A stretch of 64,000 nucleotides of DNA from Candidatus Micrarchaeota archaeon (GCA_018304295.1 JAGVWK010000001.1:11134-75133); one strand, 5' to 3'; positions 29,006 through 39,105 are shown, counted from the first letter of the stretch. Notes: generated by a model from the sequence alone, not told the origin. Made by a program: numbers and translations.

Positions 29006-30103
29006 ATGTTTAATCAGAAAAGCACAAGCACTGGTTGCGGCCCAAGCGCGCGGATGTCGGGGGGTGTTGGACAGCCGGACGGGTTGCGCGAGCCTTTGAT
29101 GGGGGGAAACAGCCATGCACAATTGCGCTCTAGGATATTTGAAATTTTAAGGCTTGATGAATCCATTAAGCACGCGCTTAGCATCCCTCTTATTGATAAC
29201 TGCGGCGGTGGATATGAACATGGAGGGAAAAGGATGGAATGGCGCTCAAGGCAGCAGGCAGTGCGCATGTATGGAAACAAACTCAGGGAGATTATAAGCC
29301 TCGCTAGCCTGCTGCATGTGGGGCTTATTGAAGCCATGGAAACCAGCGTTGGACATAAAGAACAGGAAATTGAAAGGCTGAAAGACGCTATCCAAAGTTT
29401 AAGAAAGGCAAGCTACGTGATAGAAACAGGATTCCTTGATTTTATTCCGGATGAAAACAAAGCAGGCAAACGTGATTGGGCATCGGAAGAGCAAAGGGCG
29501 TTTGTGCTTGCCACGGTTGCGATGTCAAAGGAATTCGAGCTGGAGGCTGCAAAAGAAATATTGGGTTTCTATACGTTGGTATACGAAAACGTTGCGAAGC
29601 TGGCGCAAAAGGCAGGCTCATTCAATGAGTTGCTGCACCTTGTACACAGGTTCGTAACGGAAAGCCTTCCAATGATGGCTGGCAAGAGCCTGTGGAAATG
29701 CATTGACGGAAAAGGCGGAGCTTTCTCCATGGGGGTTGAAACTGCGGAATTCCGGGAAACGCTTCTTGAGATATCAAATATAACTGCCAGTTTTTATGAT
29801 GGGGAAATAACGGGCGGAGCGGTGTGGGGGATAGAAAGCACTGACATGGGCAACCCTGCTCTTACAATCCAGGTGCGCGATGTCGGGCATGCGCTTTCAA
29901 TAATAATCACGAAACAGCCTGATGGGGGTTTCTTTGTCAACTACACCATACCAAAACCCTATGAAAGAAGACACGTGGAAGATTTGGAAGGCTTTGAGCA
30001 TTACGAGGATGTTCTGGCTGCCGGGGCGTTCATGGTTGCGCCAAATGAAAGCCTTGCGCAAAGAATGGCTGGATTTGTTGCAAAGGTTCCTGCGCTGGGT
30101 TAG
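29006..30103 (+). CDS. Hypothetical protein
   Basis: 365-aa ORF preceded by an AT-rich TATA promoter. No recognisable family. Confidence 0.7.
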   Translation: MFNQKSTSTGCGPSARMSGGVGQPDGLREPLMGGNSHAQLRSRIFEILRLDESIKHALSIPLIDNCGGGYEHGGKRMEWRSRQQAVRMYGNKLREIISLASLLHVGLIEAMETSVGHKEQEIERLKDAIQSLRKASYVIETGFLDFIPDENKAGKRDWASEEQRAFVLATVAMSKEFELEAAKEILGFYTLVYENVAKLAQKAGSFNELLHLVHRFVTESLPMMAGKSLWKCIDGKGGAFSMGVETAEFRETLLEISNITASFYDGEITGGAVWGIESTDMGNPALTIQVRDVGHALSIIITKQPDGGFFVNYTIPKPYERRHVEDLEGFEHYEDVLAAGAFMVAPNESLAQRMAGFVAKVPALG

Positions 30104-30108
30104 GCAGC

Positions 30109-31032
30109 TTAATCCAGCTTTTCCACCAATTTGCAGCACGCGCATATTTTGGAGTTGGTGGGCTCGCCGCATTTTTCGCAGTATTTGAGCCGCTCTTTGG
30201 GAGGAGGCGGCTTTGCGATTTTCTTTATTTCAAGGAAGCTGTTTAGGATGCGGAACTTTGTGCCGGGGTATTTTTCCTCCATTTCGTTCAGCTGTGCACG
30301 CACTGTCTGGCGCATTGCAGTATAAGCATAAGGGCATTCTTGGAATTTTATAGGTATTCCCTTCAGGATTGCGTAAAGCCCTATTTCCCGCTCGGGTATG
30401 CGCATGAGCGGCTTTATGCGCGGCACAAACCCTTCGTCCTCTATTATGCCGGCTACCCCTCCAAAGCGCAGCAGGCGCATGGGCTCGTTGCGCATTATGT
30501 TCATAAGAACGGTTTGGGAAACATCATCCAAATTGTGCCCGATTGCAAGCTTTTGCACCCCAAGCTCTTTGCACGCCTTGTTGAGGAGGTGGCGGCGGAA
30601 CACGCCGCAATACGAGCATGCTGCTTCTTGGGGCTTGCCTTTCATTACGGAATCCATTGAATATCCATACACGCTTGCAAACGAATACGTTTTGTGCATA
30701 ATCCCGAGTTTTTTTGCCTCTTGGCGCGCAATTTTGACTGTTGGAGGGCGGTATCCCTTTATCCCTTCATCAATAGTGATTGCAACAAGGCGCAGCGGAA
30801 GGCTTTTTGAAAGGGAGTGCATGAGATGCAAAAGAACGCTGCTGTCCTTGCCCCCTGAAAGCCCGATGCCCACAAGCTCGCCTTTTTTCAGCATGGAAAA
30901 CTCGCGCACGGTGCGGCGGAAGCGCTTTTCAACGTATTCGCAAAAATGCTTTTTGCACATGCAACTGTTCGCATACGCAAGCGTAACAACCGCCTCGCTT
31001 TTGCAAAAAGAACAAAAAATGCCGCCATCCAT
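30109..31032 (-). CDS. ttuA: tRNA 2-thiolation protein TtuA/NcsA
   Basis: Zn fingers, PP-loop SGGKDS, CSYCGVFRR, GHNLDD and CPY motifs. Confidence 0.93.
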   Translation of the reverse strand: MDGGIFCSFCKSEAVVTLAYANSCMCKKHFCEYVEKRFRRTVREFSMLKKGELVGIGLSGGKDSSVLLHLMHSLSKSLPLRLVAITIDEGIKGYRPPTVKIARQEAKKLGIMHKTYSFASVYGYSMDSVMKGKPQEAACSYCGVFRRHLLNKACKELGVQKLAIGHNLDDVSQTVLMNIMRNEPMRLLRFGGVAGIIEDEGFVPRIKPLMRIPEREIGLYAILKGIPIKFQECPYAYTAMRQTVRAQLNEMEEKYPGTKFRILNSFLEIKKIAKPPPPKERLKYCEKCGEPTNSKICACCKLVEKLD

Positions 31033-31038
31033 TGAAAT

Positions 31039-31227
31039 TTACCCGCCGAATACTATTGTGATTACGTCCACTTTATCCTTTGCGCCTATTTTGCGCCCGT
31101 CCGCAGCAGGCTTGCCGTTCACTTTCACTATGCACTCCTCGCGCGAAAGCGAAAGTTTTTTCACAAGCTGCGCGCACGTGATGCCGCTTGTCATTTTCCT
31201 TTTCTTGCCGTTTACCATAAGGGCCAT
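31039..31227 (-). CDS. Ubiquitin-like sulfur carrier (ThiS/SAMP/TtuB)
   Basis: VKVNG motif and C-terminal di-glycine FGG. Lies immediately upstream of ttuA. Confidence 0.88.
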   Translation of the reverse strand: MALMVNGKKRKMTSGITCAQLVKKLSLSREECIVKVNGKPAADGRKIGAKDKVDVITIVFGG

Positions 31228-31289
31228 AAAACCACCAGGCGCAAAAATGTGCAAGTAACTTTATAAAAAGCCGATTGTAAAAAACGCAC

Positions 31290-33311
31290 ATGGATGCAAA
31301 GGCTGCATTTTTCATAAAGGCTGCATTTTTCATTCTTGCGCTTGCAGGCATTGCACTTGCGCAAGCAGAGGGGGAGCTTGTGCCAAACCTTGTGCAAAGC
31401 GCCCTTGTTGCAATTGAGCAGTCAGGAAATGTGCGCTCATACGGGGGCAGCATGCTGGATTTGGAGGTAAACGTGAGCATCCCATTAAGCAGCGAAAGCC
31501 AGCAAACGGAAATACTGGAAACAGGGAGCGGCGGCACATATTCAATTGCAACAAGCAGCGAAGGCAGTTCATATATGATAATTGATGCGCACAGGCCCAT
31601 AGGCACGCTTTTTTCCTATGAGATAACCTCAAGGGTTCAAACGCAGGCAGGCAGCGTGGAATCGCTTCCGATGTCTTTTGCAATACCTGCAAACGCGTCC
31701 GGATACCTGCAAAGCAGCGAAAAAACGCAGAGCGCAAGCCCGCAGATAAGGGCGCAAGCGCTGCAAATAACCGCAAACTCAACATCCGCCTTTGAAAAGG
31801 CTGCCAAATTGGCCGCATGGGTGAACCATTATGTTGAATACGACGCTTCCTATGTCGGGCAGAAAAAAGACGCCCTTAGCGTGCTTTCGGAGAAAAGGGG
31901 CGTGTGCGCGGAGTATGCCACATTGTTTGTTGCGCTTGCGCGCGCAAGCGGCATTCCTGCGCGTTACGTCGGAGGGTACGTGTATTCAGGGGCGCTTGAG
32001 GGATGGGCAGGGCATTTGTGGGCAGAGGCTTACATTGGCAAATGGGTGCAGTTTGACCCGACATGGCTGCAAGGCGGCAACGTTGATGCGCTGCACGTGG
32101 TTACTTTCCGCTCATCCCAAGTGCAGGGAGGCGTGAGTGCGGGTGCGACCGTGTATTCACAATCCACGGAGATAGAAGTGGTGAGCAACGACCAAAGCGG
32201 CTCAATGATGAGCGGGGCGCAACTGCAAAACATGCAAAGCGCTCCTGCGCGCGAAGATTATTCGTTCTTTGCAGCGCACCCAAGCATGGGAGAAAACGAC
32301 AGGACGCTGCTTGTGCTTGGGATTAATGCAAGCGATTACAGCATAATGCCAATTGAAATAGCACCATGCAGCGGCCAAGATGTGATTTCAGTCGGGGATA
32401 CTTACAGGGATTTGATAGTGCAGCCCGGGCAGCACTATCTTGTATGGGAAGTGCAAACAGGGGACGTTGAACCCAACATGATTTATACGTGCCCGATTCT
32501 GGTTTCTTCCCCTTACCTTGAAAGCAAAAGCGTGCAGGTGCGCATTTCAAGCTCGGAAAAGAAAAAAAGAGAGCTTGGGATAACGCTTCAAAAACAGCGG
32601 GTGCAGTTTGGGCAGGCGCAGGAGGTGTATGTGCAAACACCCCTTGCGGCTGAAAGCGTTGTGCACCTTGTTACGCCCGAAGGAGTCCTATCTGAAAATG
32701 CAACTGGCGGGTATGCGGCATTTGAATACGTGCCAACGCGGCTTGGGCAAAATGAAATTTACGCATTCAGCAACAGCGGGGTGGCGGATGCGGCTTTTGA
32801 CGTTGTGCAGCAAGAGGGGGAAATTTCAATTGATGCCCGGTTCCCGCAGCAAATATATCAGGGAGAAGAGGCGCAATTGCAAATATACATAAATACCGGC
32901 TTGCAGGCGCCCTCAGACGCGCTCGTGCATGCAAGGCTTGGAAACAAGGGCGCAAATGCGTCCGCGGTTGTGCAGGGCAATGCAACAGTGTTGATATCCA
33001 TAATGGCGCAGCAGTATGGAAAAGTGCCCCTTGAAATAACGGTGCAAATCGGGGGGCAAACGCACACAAAAACTTATTTGCTTGACGTGATAAAAACCGC
33101 AGAAGGTGAGGGAAGCGGAGCAGGAACAATTATTGGAGAGGATGGCAGCGGCGCAAACGCCACAATTGGGGAAGGCGCAAGCGGGAGTGCCCAAGGCAAC
33201 GCAACTGCAGTGGGCAGCAATGCAGGCAGGGAGGCGCAGCCTTTGTGCGCAACAACGGTTATATCCATGAGCGCCCTAATATTTGCAATTGGATTTTATC
33301 GGGGAAAATAA
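31290..33311 (+). CDS. Secreted transglutaminase-like protein with Ig-like domains and C-terminal anchor
   Basis: Signal peptide. Catalytic triad GVCAEYA / GHLWAEAY / FDPTW. Gly/Ser linker followed by Cys, TM and RGK tail. Confidence 0.88.
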   Translation: MDAKAAFFIKAAFFILALAGIALAQAEGELVPNLVQSALVAIEQSGNVRSYGGSMLDLEVNVSIPLSSESQQTEILETGSGGTYSIATSSEGSSYMIIDAHRPIGTLFSYEITSRVQTQAGSVESLPMSFAIPANASGYLQSSEKTQSASPQIRAQALQITANSTSAFEKAAKLAAWVNHYVEYDASYVGQKKDALSVLSEKRGVCAEYATLFVALARASGIPARYVGGYVYSGALEGWAGHLWAEAYIGKWVQFDPTWLQGGNVDALHVVTFRSSQVQGGVSAGATVYSQSTEIEVVSNDQSGSMMSGAQLQNMQSAPAREDYSFFAAHPSMGENDRTLLVLGINASDYSIMPIEIAPCSGQDVISVGDTYRDLIVQPGQHYLVWEVQTGDVEPNMIYTCPILVSSPYLESKSVQVRISSSEKKKRELGITLQKQRVQFGQAQEVYVQTPLAAESVVHLVTPEGVLSENATGGYAAFEYVPTRLGQNEIYAFSNSGVADAAFDVVQQEGEISIDARFPQQIYQGEEAQLQIYINTGLQAPSDALVHARLGNKGANASAVVQGNATVLISIMAQQYGKVPLEITVQIGGQTHTKTYLLDVIKTAEGEGSGAGTIIGEDGSGANATIGEGASGSAQGNATAVGSNAGREAQPLCATTVISMSALIFAIGFYRGK

Positions 33312-33312
33312 A

Positions 33313-34146
33313 ATGAACATATTTTTCGTTGGAACAGGGGGAGGGAGGGTAAACCTAATAGCGCAGCTTCGCTCAACCGGGGGGTTTATGCTCAATGGGA
33401 GCCTGAAAGTTTATGTTGACCCAGGGCCCGGCGCGCTTTATGGAAGCAAGCAGCACAAAATAGACCTGTCAAAAATAGACATTCTCGTGGTAACGCACAA
33501 CCACATAGACCATTACAACGATGCGGAAGTGCTCATGGAGGCAATGAGTGGGTATGCGCTGCAAAAGAAAGGGGTGCTTGTGGCAAGCAAAAGCGTTCTT
33601 GAGGGCGGGGGCAAATATGATTTGTCCATCTCACGCTACCATCAGGAAAAAATGCAGCAGGTAATAACGGGCGTTGCAGGGCAGCGCAACAGCGTTTTGT
33701 GCAACGGGAAAAGCGCGGCATTTTCCTTCACTCCTGTAAGGCACGATGATGAAACAGGCTTTGGGTTTGTGCTTTCAATGGACGGCCAAAAGATAGGCTA
33801 CACAAGCGACGGGGAATATTTTGAGGGGCTGGGAGAGTATTTTAAGGGATGCGACTACTTAATAGTGAACAACCTTAAGGCAGAGGAGGACTGCATACCC
33901 GACCACATGGATTCGGGAGGTGCTATAAAGCTGCTTAAGGAGGCACAGCCAAAAACCGCGATAATATCGCATTTTGGGATGAAGCTCATAAGCAGCATGC
34001 CCGAACTTGAGGCGCAGAAAATTTCAGCCAAAAGCGGCGTGAAAACAATTGCGGCGCGCGACGGGATGGCTGTGGGCGGAGGAGAAGGCATGGAAAGCAA
34101 AAAATCCCTGCTTGATTATGTAAAGGACGAGGATGAGGTTTTCTGA
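33313..34146 (+). CDS. MBL-fold metallo-hydrolase
   Basis: GTGGGR, DPGPG, THNHIDH, YTSD and HFG motifs. Confidence 0.9.
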   Translation: MNIFFVGTGGGRVNLIAQLRSTGGFMLNGSLKVYVDPGPGALYGSKQHKIDLSKIDILVVTHNHIDHYNDAEVLMEAMSGYALQKKGVLVASKSVLEGGGKYDLSISRYHQEKMQQVITGVAGQRNSVLCNGKSAAFSFTPVRHDDETGFGFVLSMDGQKIGYTSDGEYFEGLGEYFKGCDYLIVNNLKAEEDCIPDHMDSGGAIKLLKEAQPKTAIISHFGMKLISSMPELEAQKISAKSGVKTIAARDGMAVGGGEGMESKKSLLDYVKDEDEVF

Positions 34147-34184
34147 AAGGGCAAATCGGGCAGATGAAATGGCGGTGCATTGGC

Positions 34185-36560
34185 ATGATATGCGACAAAT
34201 TCAACAAGAGTGTGGAAGCAAAGTGGCAGCAATACTGGGAAGAAAATTCAATTTACGCTTTTGACTGTGAGGATAAGAAGCGCCCGGTATACTCAATAGA
34301 CACGCCACCGCCTTTCACAAGCGGGGACTTGCACATGGGGCACGTGCTCTCCTATTCCTATTTTGATTTTGTCGCACGCTACAAGCGCATGCGCGGCTTT
34401 AATGTATATTACCCTCAGGGGTGGGACTGCCAAGGCTTTCCAACAGAAGTGAAGGTGGAGCAAAAATATGGCAGGAAGCCGCCAGAGGAATTCCGAAAAT
34501 TGTGCATTGAATGGACTGAAAGCTGCATTTTGAGGATGAAGCAGCAGATGCGCACAATGGGATTTTCCCCTGACTGGAAATACGAGTACAAGACAATGTC
34601 GGGCGATTACCACATGAGGGTGCAGCATTCTCTCATAAAGATGTTTGAGCAGGGGCTTGTGTATAATGCAGAGCACCCGGTATTCTGGTGCCCAAACTGC
34701 GCCTCCGCGCTTGCAAAAACCGACACGGACGAGATTGAGCGCGACACTTTCCTGAATTTCCTTGTTTTCAGCTGCGAGGGAGAAAGCCTGCAAATCGCAA
34801 CAACGCGCCCGGAGTATTTGCATGCGTGCGTTGCTGTCCTCTTTAACCCCTCTGATGAGAGATACAAAAAATTTGAGGGGAAGATGATAAGCACGCCCCT
34901 AGGCAAAGAAGTGAAAATGCTTGCGGACAAGGACGTGGAAAAGGATTTTGGAACAGGGCTTATGATGCTGTGCACGTTTGGGGACAGGCAGGACGTCGTG
35001 GGAATGTACAGGCACAACCTCTCCCCAATACGCGCGATGGACAGCGCTGGAAGGCTTGCAAATGCCGGCGAGTTTGACGGGCTGAAAGCCGAAGAGGCGC
35101 GCAGGAAAATATTGGAGAGGCTGAAGGAAAAAGGGCTTCTTGCAAAGCAGGAGCGCCTTAAGCAGGCGGTAAAGGTGCATGACAGGTGCAAAAAGCCAAT
35201 TGAGCTGCTCCTATCGCGCCAGTGGTTTGCAAAGATAAAGGGCAAATCAGGCGAGATAGTGGGCGCTGCAAAAAAAATGCGCTGGGTGCCGGGGTTCGCA
35301 ATACAATACCTTGAGGACTGGGCAAATTTCGTGGAATGGGACTGGGTTATTTCCCGCCAGAGGGTGTTTGGAACGCCCCTTCCGTTTTGGACTTGCAAAA
35401 AGTGCGATATTGCATACCCCGCGCGCTACAATGAGCTGCCCGTGAACCCCTCTGCAATGGAAAAAAGGGAGTGCCCCAAGTGCAAAGGCTGGCTTGAGGG
35501 GGAAAAAAGCACGTGCGACTGCTGGGTGGACTCAAGCATAACGCCCCTTGTGATAGGCCGCTGGCCTGAGAATGGGGAATTTTTTGCAAAGGTTTATCCG
35601 TCCTCTTTGCGCCCCCAAGGAGTGGAAATTGTGCGCACTTGGGCGTTTTACACGATATATAGGTGCCTGATGCTTACTGGCAAGCCCTGCTTTAAGGAGC
35701 TTCTCCTTAACGGAAACGTGCTTGCGCCTGATGGGAAAAAGATGAGCAAGTCCCTTGGCAACATTGTTGCGCCTGACAAGCTTATTGAGGAGTATTCTGC
35801 CGATGCGGTAAGGCAGTGGGCTGCGCTTTCAGGCGCAATGGCAAAAGACAGGCCGTTCTCATATCAGGATATCGCGTATGCAAAGAGCTTCCTTACAAAG
35901 CTCCTTAACGCTTCAAAGCTTGTGGAAAAGTCAATTGAGGGGTATGAGCCTAATGAAGCGGACAGGCGGCATTTGCGCGAAACCGACAAATGGATTCTCT
36001 CGCGCACAAATGCAATTGTCGCGTCCGCAACCAAAAAATTTGAGGATTTTGAGTTCCATTTCCTTGTAAAGGAAGTGCAGGACTTTTTCTGGCACGAGTT
36101 TTGCGACTTTTACCTTGAGTATGCAAAGCACCGCATTTACCAGCCGGAAGTTTATGGCACTGAAAGCAAAAGGGCGGCGCAATACGCGCTTTGGCATTGC
36201 CTTCTTGCAATTGTGAAAGTGCTTGCGCCCATAACCCCGCACGCAAGCGAGGAGATATATCAGATGTTTGCGGGCAGGGGTGGCAATGGCGCAAAAAGCG
36301 TGCACCTTTCTCTCTGGCCGGATGCGGATGCCTCGCTTGAAAGCAAAAAAAGCGAGGAGATTTGCAAATGCCTCAATGATGCGATTGCAATAGTGCGCCA
36401 GCACAAGGCTGCAGGCAAGCTGCCCCTTAATGCGCAGCTTGAGTCCGTGCGCATAAGTGCGCATGTTTCCCTCCAAAGTGTTGTTGAGGAAATAAAGGCA
36501 ACAGGAAAAATAGGGCAGGTACACCTTGAGGAAGGGGAATTCAAAGTGGTAGTCGCATGA
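34185..36560 (+). CDS. valS: Valyl-tRNA synthetase
   Basis: IDTPPPFTSGDLHMGH, WDWVISRQR and KMSKS motifs. Confidence 0.95.
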   Translation: MICDKFNKSVEAKWQQYWEENSIYAFDCEDKKRPVYSIDTPPPFTSGDLHMGHVLSYSYFDFVARYKRMRGFNVYYPQGWDCQGFPTEVKVEQKYGRKPPEEFRKLCIEWTESCILRMKQQMRTMGFSPDWKYEYKTMSGDYHMRVQHSLIKMFEQGLVYNAEHPVFWCPNCASALAKTDTDEIERDTFLNFLVFSCEGESLQIATTRPEYLHACVAVLFNPSDERYKKFEGKMISTPLGKEVKMLADKDVEKDFGTGLMMLCTFGDRQDVVGMYRHNLSPIRAMDSAGRLANAGEFDGLKAEEARRKILERLKEKGLLAKQERLKQAVKVHDRCKKPIELLLSRQWFAKIKGKSGEIVGAAKKMRWVPGFAIQYLEDWANFVEWDWVISRQRVFGTPLPFWTCKKCDIAYPARYNELPVNPSAMEKRECPKCKGWLEGEKSTCDCWVDSSITPLVIGRWPENGEFFAKVYPSSLRPQGVEIVRTWAFYTIYRCLMLTGKPCFKELLLNGNVLAPDGKKMSKSLGNIVAPDKLIEEYSADAVRQWAALSGAMAKDRPFSYQDIAYAKSFLTKLLNASKLVEKSIEGYEPNEADRRHLRETDKWILSRTNAIVASATKKFEDFEFHFLVKEVQDFFWHEFCDFYLEYAKHRIYQPEVYGTESKRAAQYALWHCLLAIVKVLAPITPHASEEIYQMFAGRGGNGAKSVHLSLWPDADASLESKKSEEICKCLNDAIAIVRQHKAAGKLPLNAQLESVRISAHVSLQSVVEEIKATGKIGQVHLEEGEFKVVVA

Positions 36561-36943
36561 AACAAAAAAAGAAAATAACAAAGGGCAGGGCAAAGCGTTC
36601 TGCCTTGAGGGCAAAACTGCCCCCTCCGCCAATACCGCCCCATGCAAGGATGGAGTTTGGGGAGGTGGGGCTTATGGGGGAAGCCGCAAGCCCGCATTTT
36701 TCCAGCCCGCCCGAAAGCGAGGGCAGCATAATGCTAAGGCAGGTTATGCAAAGGGGCCAGCCGCGTTGGAAAAACGTTGCAAAAGCTGCCGCTTTTTCCA
36801 TTTTGTGCGGCATTGTTGCAGGCACAATTGCGTTTTATGCGCTCTTGGCGCTTGGGATTGCAGGCTTTTCCCTTTATGCGGGCGCATTCGTTGCTTTTGC
36901 AATAAGCACAGTGGTTGCATTCGGGGGCAGCGGCGCATGCTAA
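36557..36943 (+). CDS. Hypothetical membrane protein
   Basis: ATGA overlap with valS. Basic/Pro-rich N-terminus and two C-terminal TMs. Confidence 0.6.
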   Translation: MKQKKKITKGRAKRSALRAKLPPPPIPPHARMEFGEVGLMGEAASPHFSSPPESEGSIMLRQVMQRGQPRWKNVAKAAAFSILCGIVAGTIAFYALLALGIAGFSLYAGAFVAFAISTVVAFGGSGAC

Positions 36944-37001
36944 GCGGTTGCGCATGGGCGGCAAGCGCATGCAAAAAAAATTGGCGCACAATGGGGATTG
37001 C

Positions 37002-37553
37002 ATGGGAAAAAAGATATTTTTCATAACGTCAAACGCGCATAAATTTTCCGAGGCACAAAAGCTTTTAAAGAAATGCGGCATAAGTATAAAACGCAAAAAC
37101 CTCCATTTAGAGGAAGTGCGCGCGCAGGAATGCAGCGAAGTTGCAAAAGCCTGCGCCATTGAGGCATACAAAAGAATCCGCAAGCCGCTTTTTGTGGAAG
37201 ATTCCGGGCTATTCATAAAAAGCCTTAACGGCTTTCCCGGCGTATATTCCGCAAGCGTGCTGCAAAAGATAGGGTTGCGCGGGATTCTTGCGCTTTTGAA
37301 AGGGAAAAGGCGCGATGCAGAGTTTATATGTGCAATCTGCTATGTGGACAATTCCAAGCTTGTCCAAATATGCAAAAGGTGCAAGGGGAAAATTTCCAAA
37401 ATGCCTTCGGGGAGAAAGGGGTTCGGATACGACCCGATTTTTGTCCCGCAAGGAGGAAAGTTGACTTTTGCGCAGGATGAAAAAACAAAGGCGGAACTGT
37501 CCCATCGGACAGCCGCACTAAAAGCGCTTTGTGCGCGCTTGGCAAAAAGGTGA
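37002..37553 (+). CDS. rdgB: Non-canonical purine NTP pyrophosphatase (Ham1/RdgB)
   Basis: TSNAHK, EDSGL, GFPGVYS, GFGYDPIF and SHR motifs. Confidence 0.93.
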   Translation: MGKKIFFITSNAHKFSEAQKLLKKCGISIKRKNLHLEEVRAQECSEVAKACAIEAYKRIRKPLFVEDSGLFIKSLNGFPGVYSASVLQKIGLRGILALLKGKRRDAEFICAICYVDNSKLVQICKRCKGKISKMPSGRKGFGYDPIFVPQGGKLTFAQDEKTKAELSHRTAALKALCARLAKR

Positions 37554-37557
37554 AGAG

Positions 37558-38013
37558 ATGGCAAGGCTGCATTCAAAGAAAAAAGGGAAATCCGGCTCAA
37601 AAAGGCCGGCTGCAAAAATCTCCCCCGCATGGGTGGAATATTCCGCCCACGAGGTTGAGGAGATTGTGGCAAAGCTTGCAAAGGAAGGCAGCTCCCCAAC
37701 GCAAATCGGGCTTGTTTTGCGCGACAGGTACGGAGTCCCGTCTGTTGCGAATCTCTGCTCAAAGTCAATAAGCAAGATGCTTGAGGAGCAAAAGCTGCTT
37801 CCGGCGTACCCCGACGACCTGATGAGCCTTATAAGGCGCGCGGTAAAGATGAGGGAGCACCTGAAAGGCAACAAGTCCGACAGGCAGAACACAGTGAAGC
37901 TTACGCACGTTGAGGCGAAAATAAACCGTCTGGTAAAATACTATCGTGACAGCGGAAGGCTTGCGCCGTACTGGAAATACGACCCTGCCGCAGCAGCGCT
38001 GCTGGTAAAGTAA
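37558..38013 (+). CDS. rps15: Ribosomal protein uS15
   Basis: MARLHSKKKGKSGSKRP, IGLVLRD and RLVKYY motifs. Confidence 0.97.
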   Translation: MARLHSKKKGKSGSKRPAAKISPAWVEYSAHEVEEIVAKLAKEGSSPTQIGLVLRDRYGVPSVANLCSKSISKMLEEQKLLPAYPDDLMSLIRRAVKMREHLKGNKSDRQNTVKLTHVEAKINRLVKYYRDSGRLAPYWKYDPAAAALLVK

Positions 38014-38026
38014 AATCGGTGATTAT

Positions 38027-38617
38027 ATGGCTGAAAAAAAATCAAAAGTCATTGACAAATGGAAAATGAAAAGCTGGTATTCGGTGCTTGCGCCCGAGTA
38101 TTTTGACAACAAGGAGATAGGGCAGGTGCTTGCAACCGACGAGGCGACCATTGCGAACCGCATAATACGCGTTGGCCTTGGGGAGCTTACTGGAAGCTTC
38201 AGCCCCGGCACAGCATACACTTCCGTGCGCTTTCGCATAATGGAGGTAAAGGGCAAAATTGCAAACGCCACGTACATCGGCCATGAGCTTATGCCCGGGT
38301 ACATACGCACCCTTGTGCGCAGGCGCCGCTCCGTGATAAACGAAGTGGTGGATGTGCCTACAAAAGACGGGCACACAATGCGCGTGAAGCTCATTGCAAT
38401 AACGGGCAACCGCGTTAGCGAAGCAGTGCGCCACGCGCTGCGAAGCGCGCTTCGCGCCGAAATAGCCGCAAACACAAAGGACATTGACCTTCGCACGCTA
38501 ATTGGGGAAGTGCTCTTTGGAAGGTTTGCCTCGCGCATAGTGGGCAAGCTTAAAAAAATTGCGCCGGTGCGCAAAATTGAGGTTCGCAAGACCCAACTGA
38601 TGGAAAAGTTTGCCTAG
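38027..38617 (+). CDS. rps3ae: Ribosomal protein eS1 (S3Ae)
   Basis: DKWKMKSWYSVLAP, YIRTLVRR and IAPVRKIEVRK motifs. Confidence 0.96.
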   Translation: MAEKKSKVIDKWKMKSWYSVLAPEYFDNKEIGQVLATDEATIANRIIRVGLGELTGSFSPGTAYTSVRFRIMEVKGKIANATYIGHELMPGYIRTLVRRRRSVINEVVDVPTKDGHTMRVKLIAITGNRVSEAVRHALRSALRAEIAANTKDIDLRTLIGEVLFGRFASRIVGKLKKIAPVRKIEVRKTQLMEKFA

Positions 38618-38624
38618 AATGGCA

Positions 38625-38718
38625 TCTCCCATAAGGGGAACCGGGCATTCTCGGATGTCCCTTGAGCAAGCTTCGCTTGCGACCCTCTTGAACGTATGCG
38701 TTCCCTTGGTTGAGGGGT
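38625..38718 (+). ncRNA. Candidate structured RNA (four tandem hairpins)
   Basis: TCCC/GGGA, GGGCATT/GATGTCC, GCAAGC/GCTTGC, and CCCTC..GAACG/CGTTC..GAGGG. Confidence 0.4.
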
Positions 38719-38760
38719 TTTTAACCCTGTGCAAAACACAATCGCTATGAGGTAATACGA

Positions 38761-39084
38761 ATGATACCCGGCATGAACCCAAAAGATATGGCAAGAGTGA
38801 TGAAGCAGATGGGCATCAAGAACGATGAGCTGCCCGCAAAGCGCGTTGTAATTGAGCTTGAGGATAAAAAACTCATTATAGAGCCTGCGCAGGTAATGCA
38901 GATTGAGATGCAAGGGCAGAAAACGTTCCAGATAATGGGAAATGTGAAAGAGGAAAGCTCATCTTCCCTTGAGGATGCAAAGCTTGTAATGGCGCAGGCA
39001 AGCTGCTCGCTTGAAGAGGCGCAAAACGCGCTTAAAGAGGCAAACGGAGACATTGCAGAGGCCATTTTGAAATTGCAGAAATAG
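38761..39084 (+). CDS. nac: Nascent polypeptide-associated complex protein
   Basis: MNPKDM.RVMKQMGI and a C-terminal UBA domain (GDIAEAIL). Confidence 0.95.
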   Translation: MIPGMNPKDMARVMKQMGIKNDELPAKRVVIELEDKKLIIEPAQVMQIEMQGQKTFQIMGNVKEESSSSLEDAKLVMAQASCSLEEAQNALKEANGDIAEAILKLQK

Positions 39085-39105
39085 GGCTGCCAAACAATAG
39101 GACGG

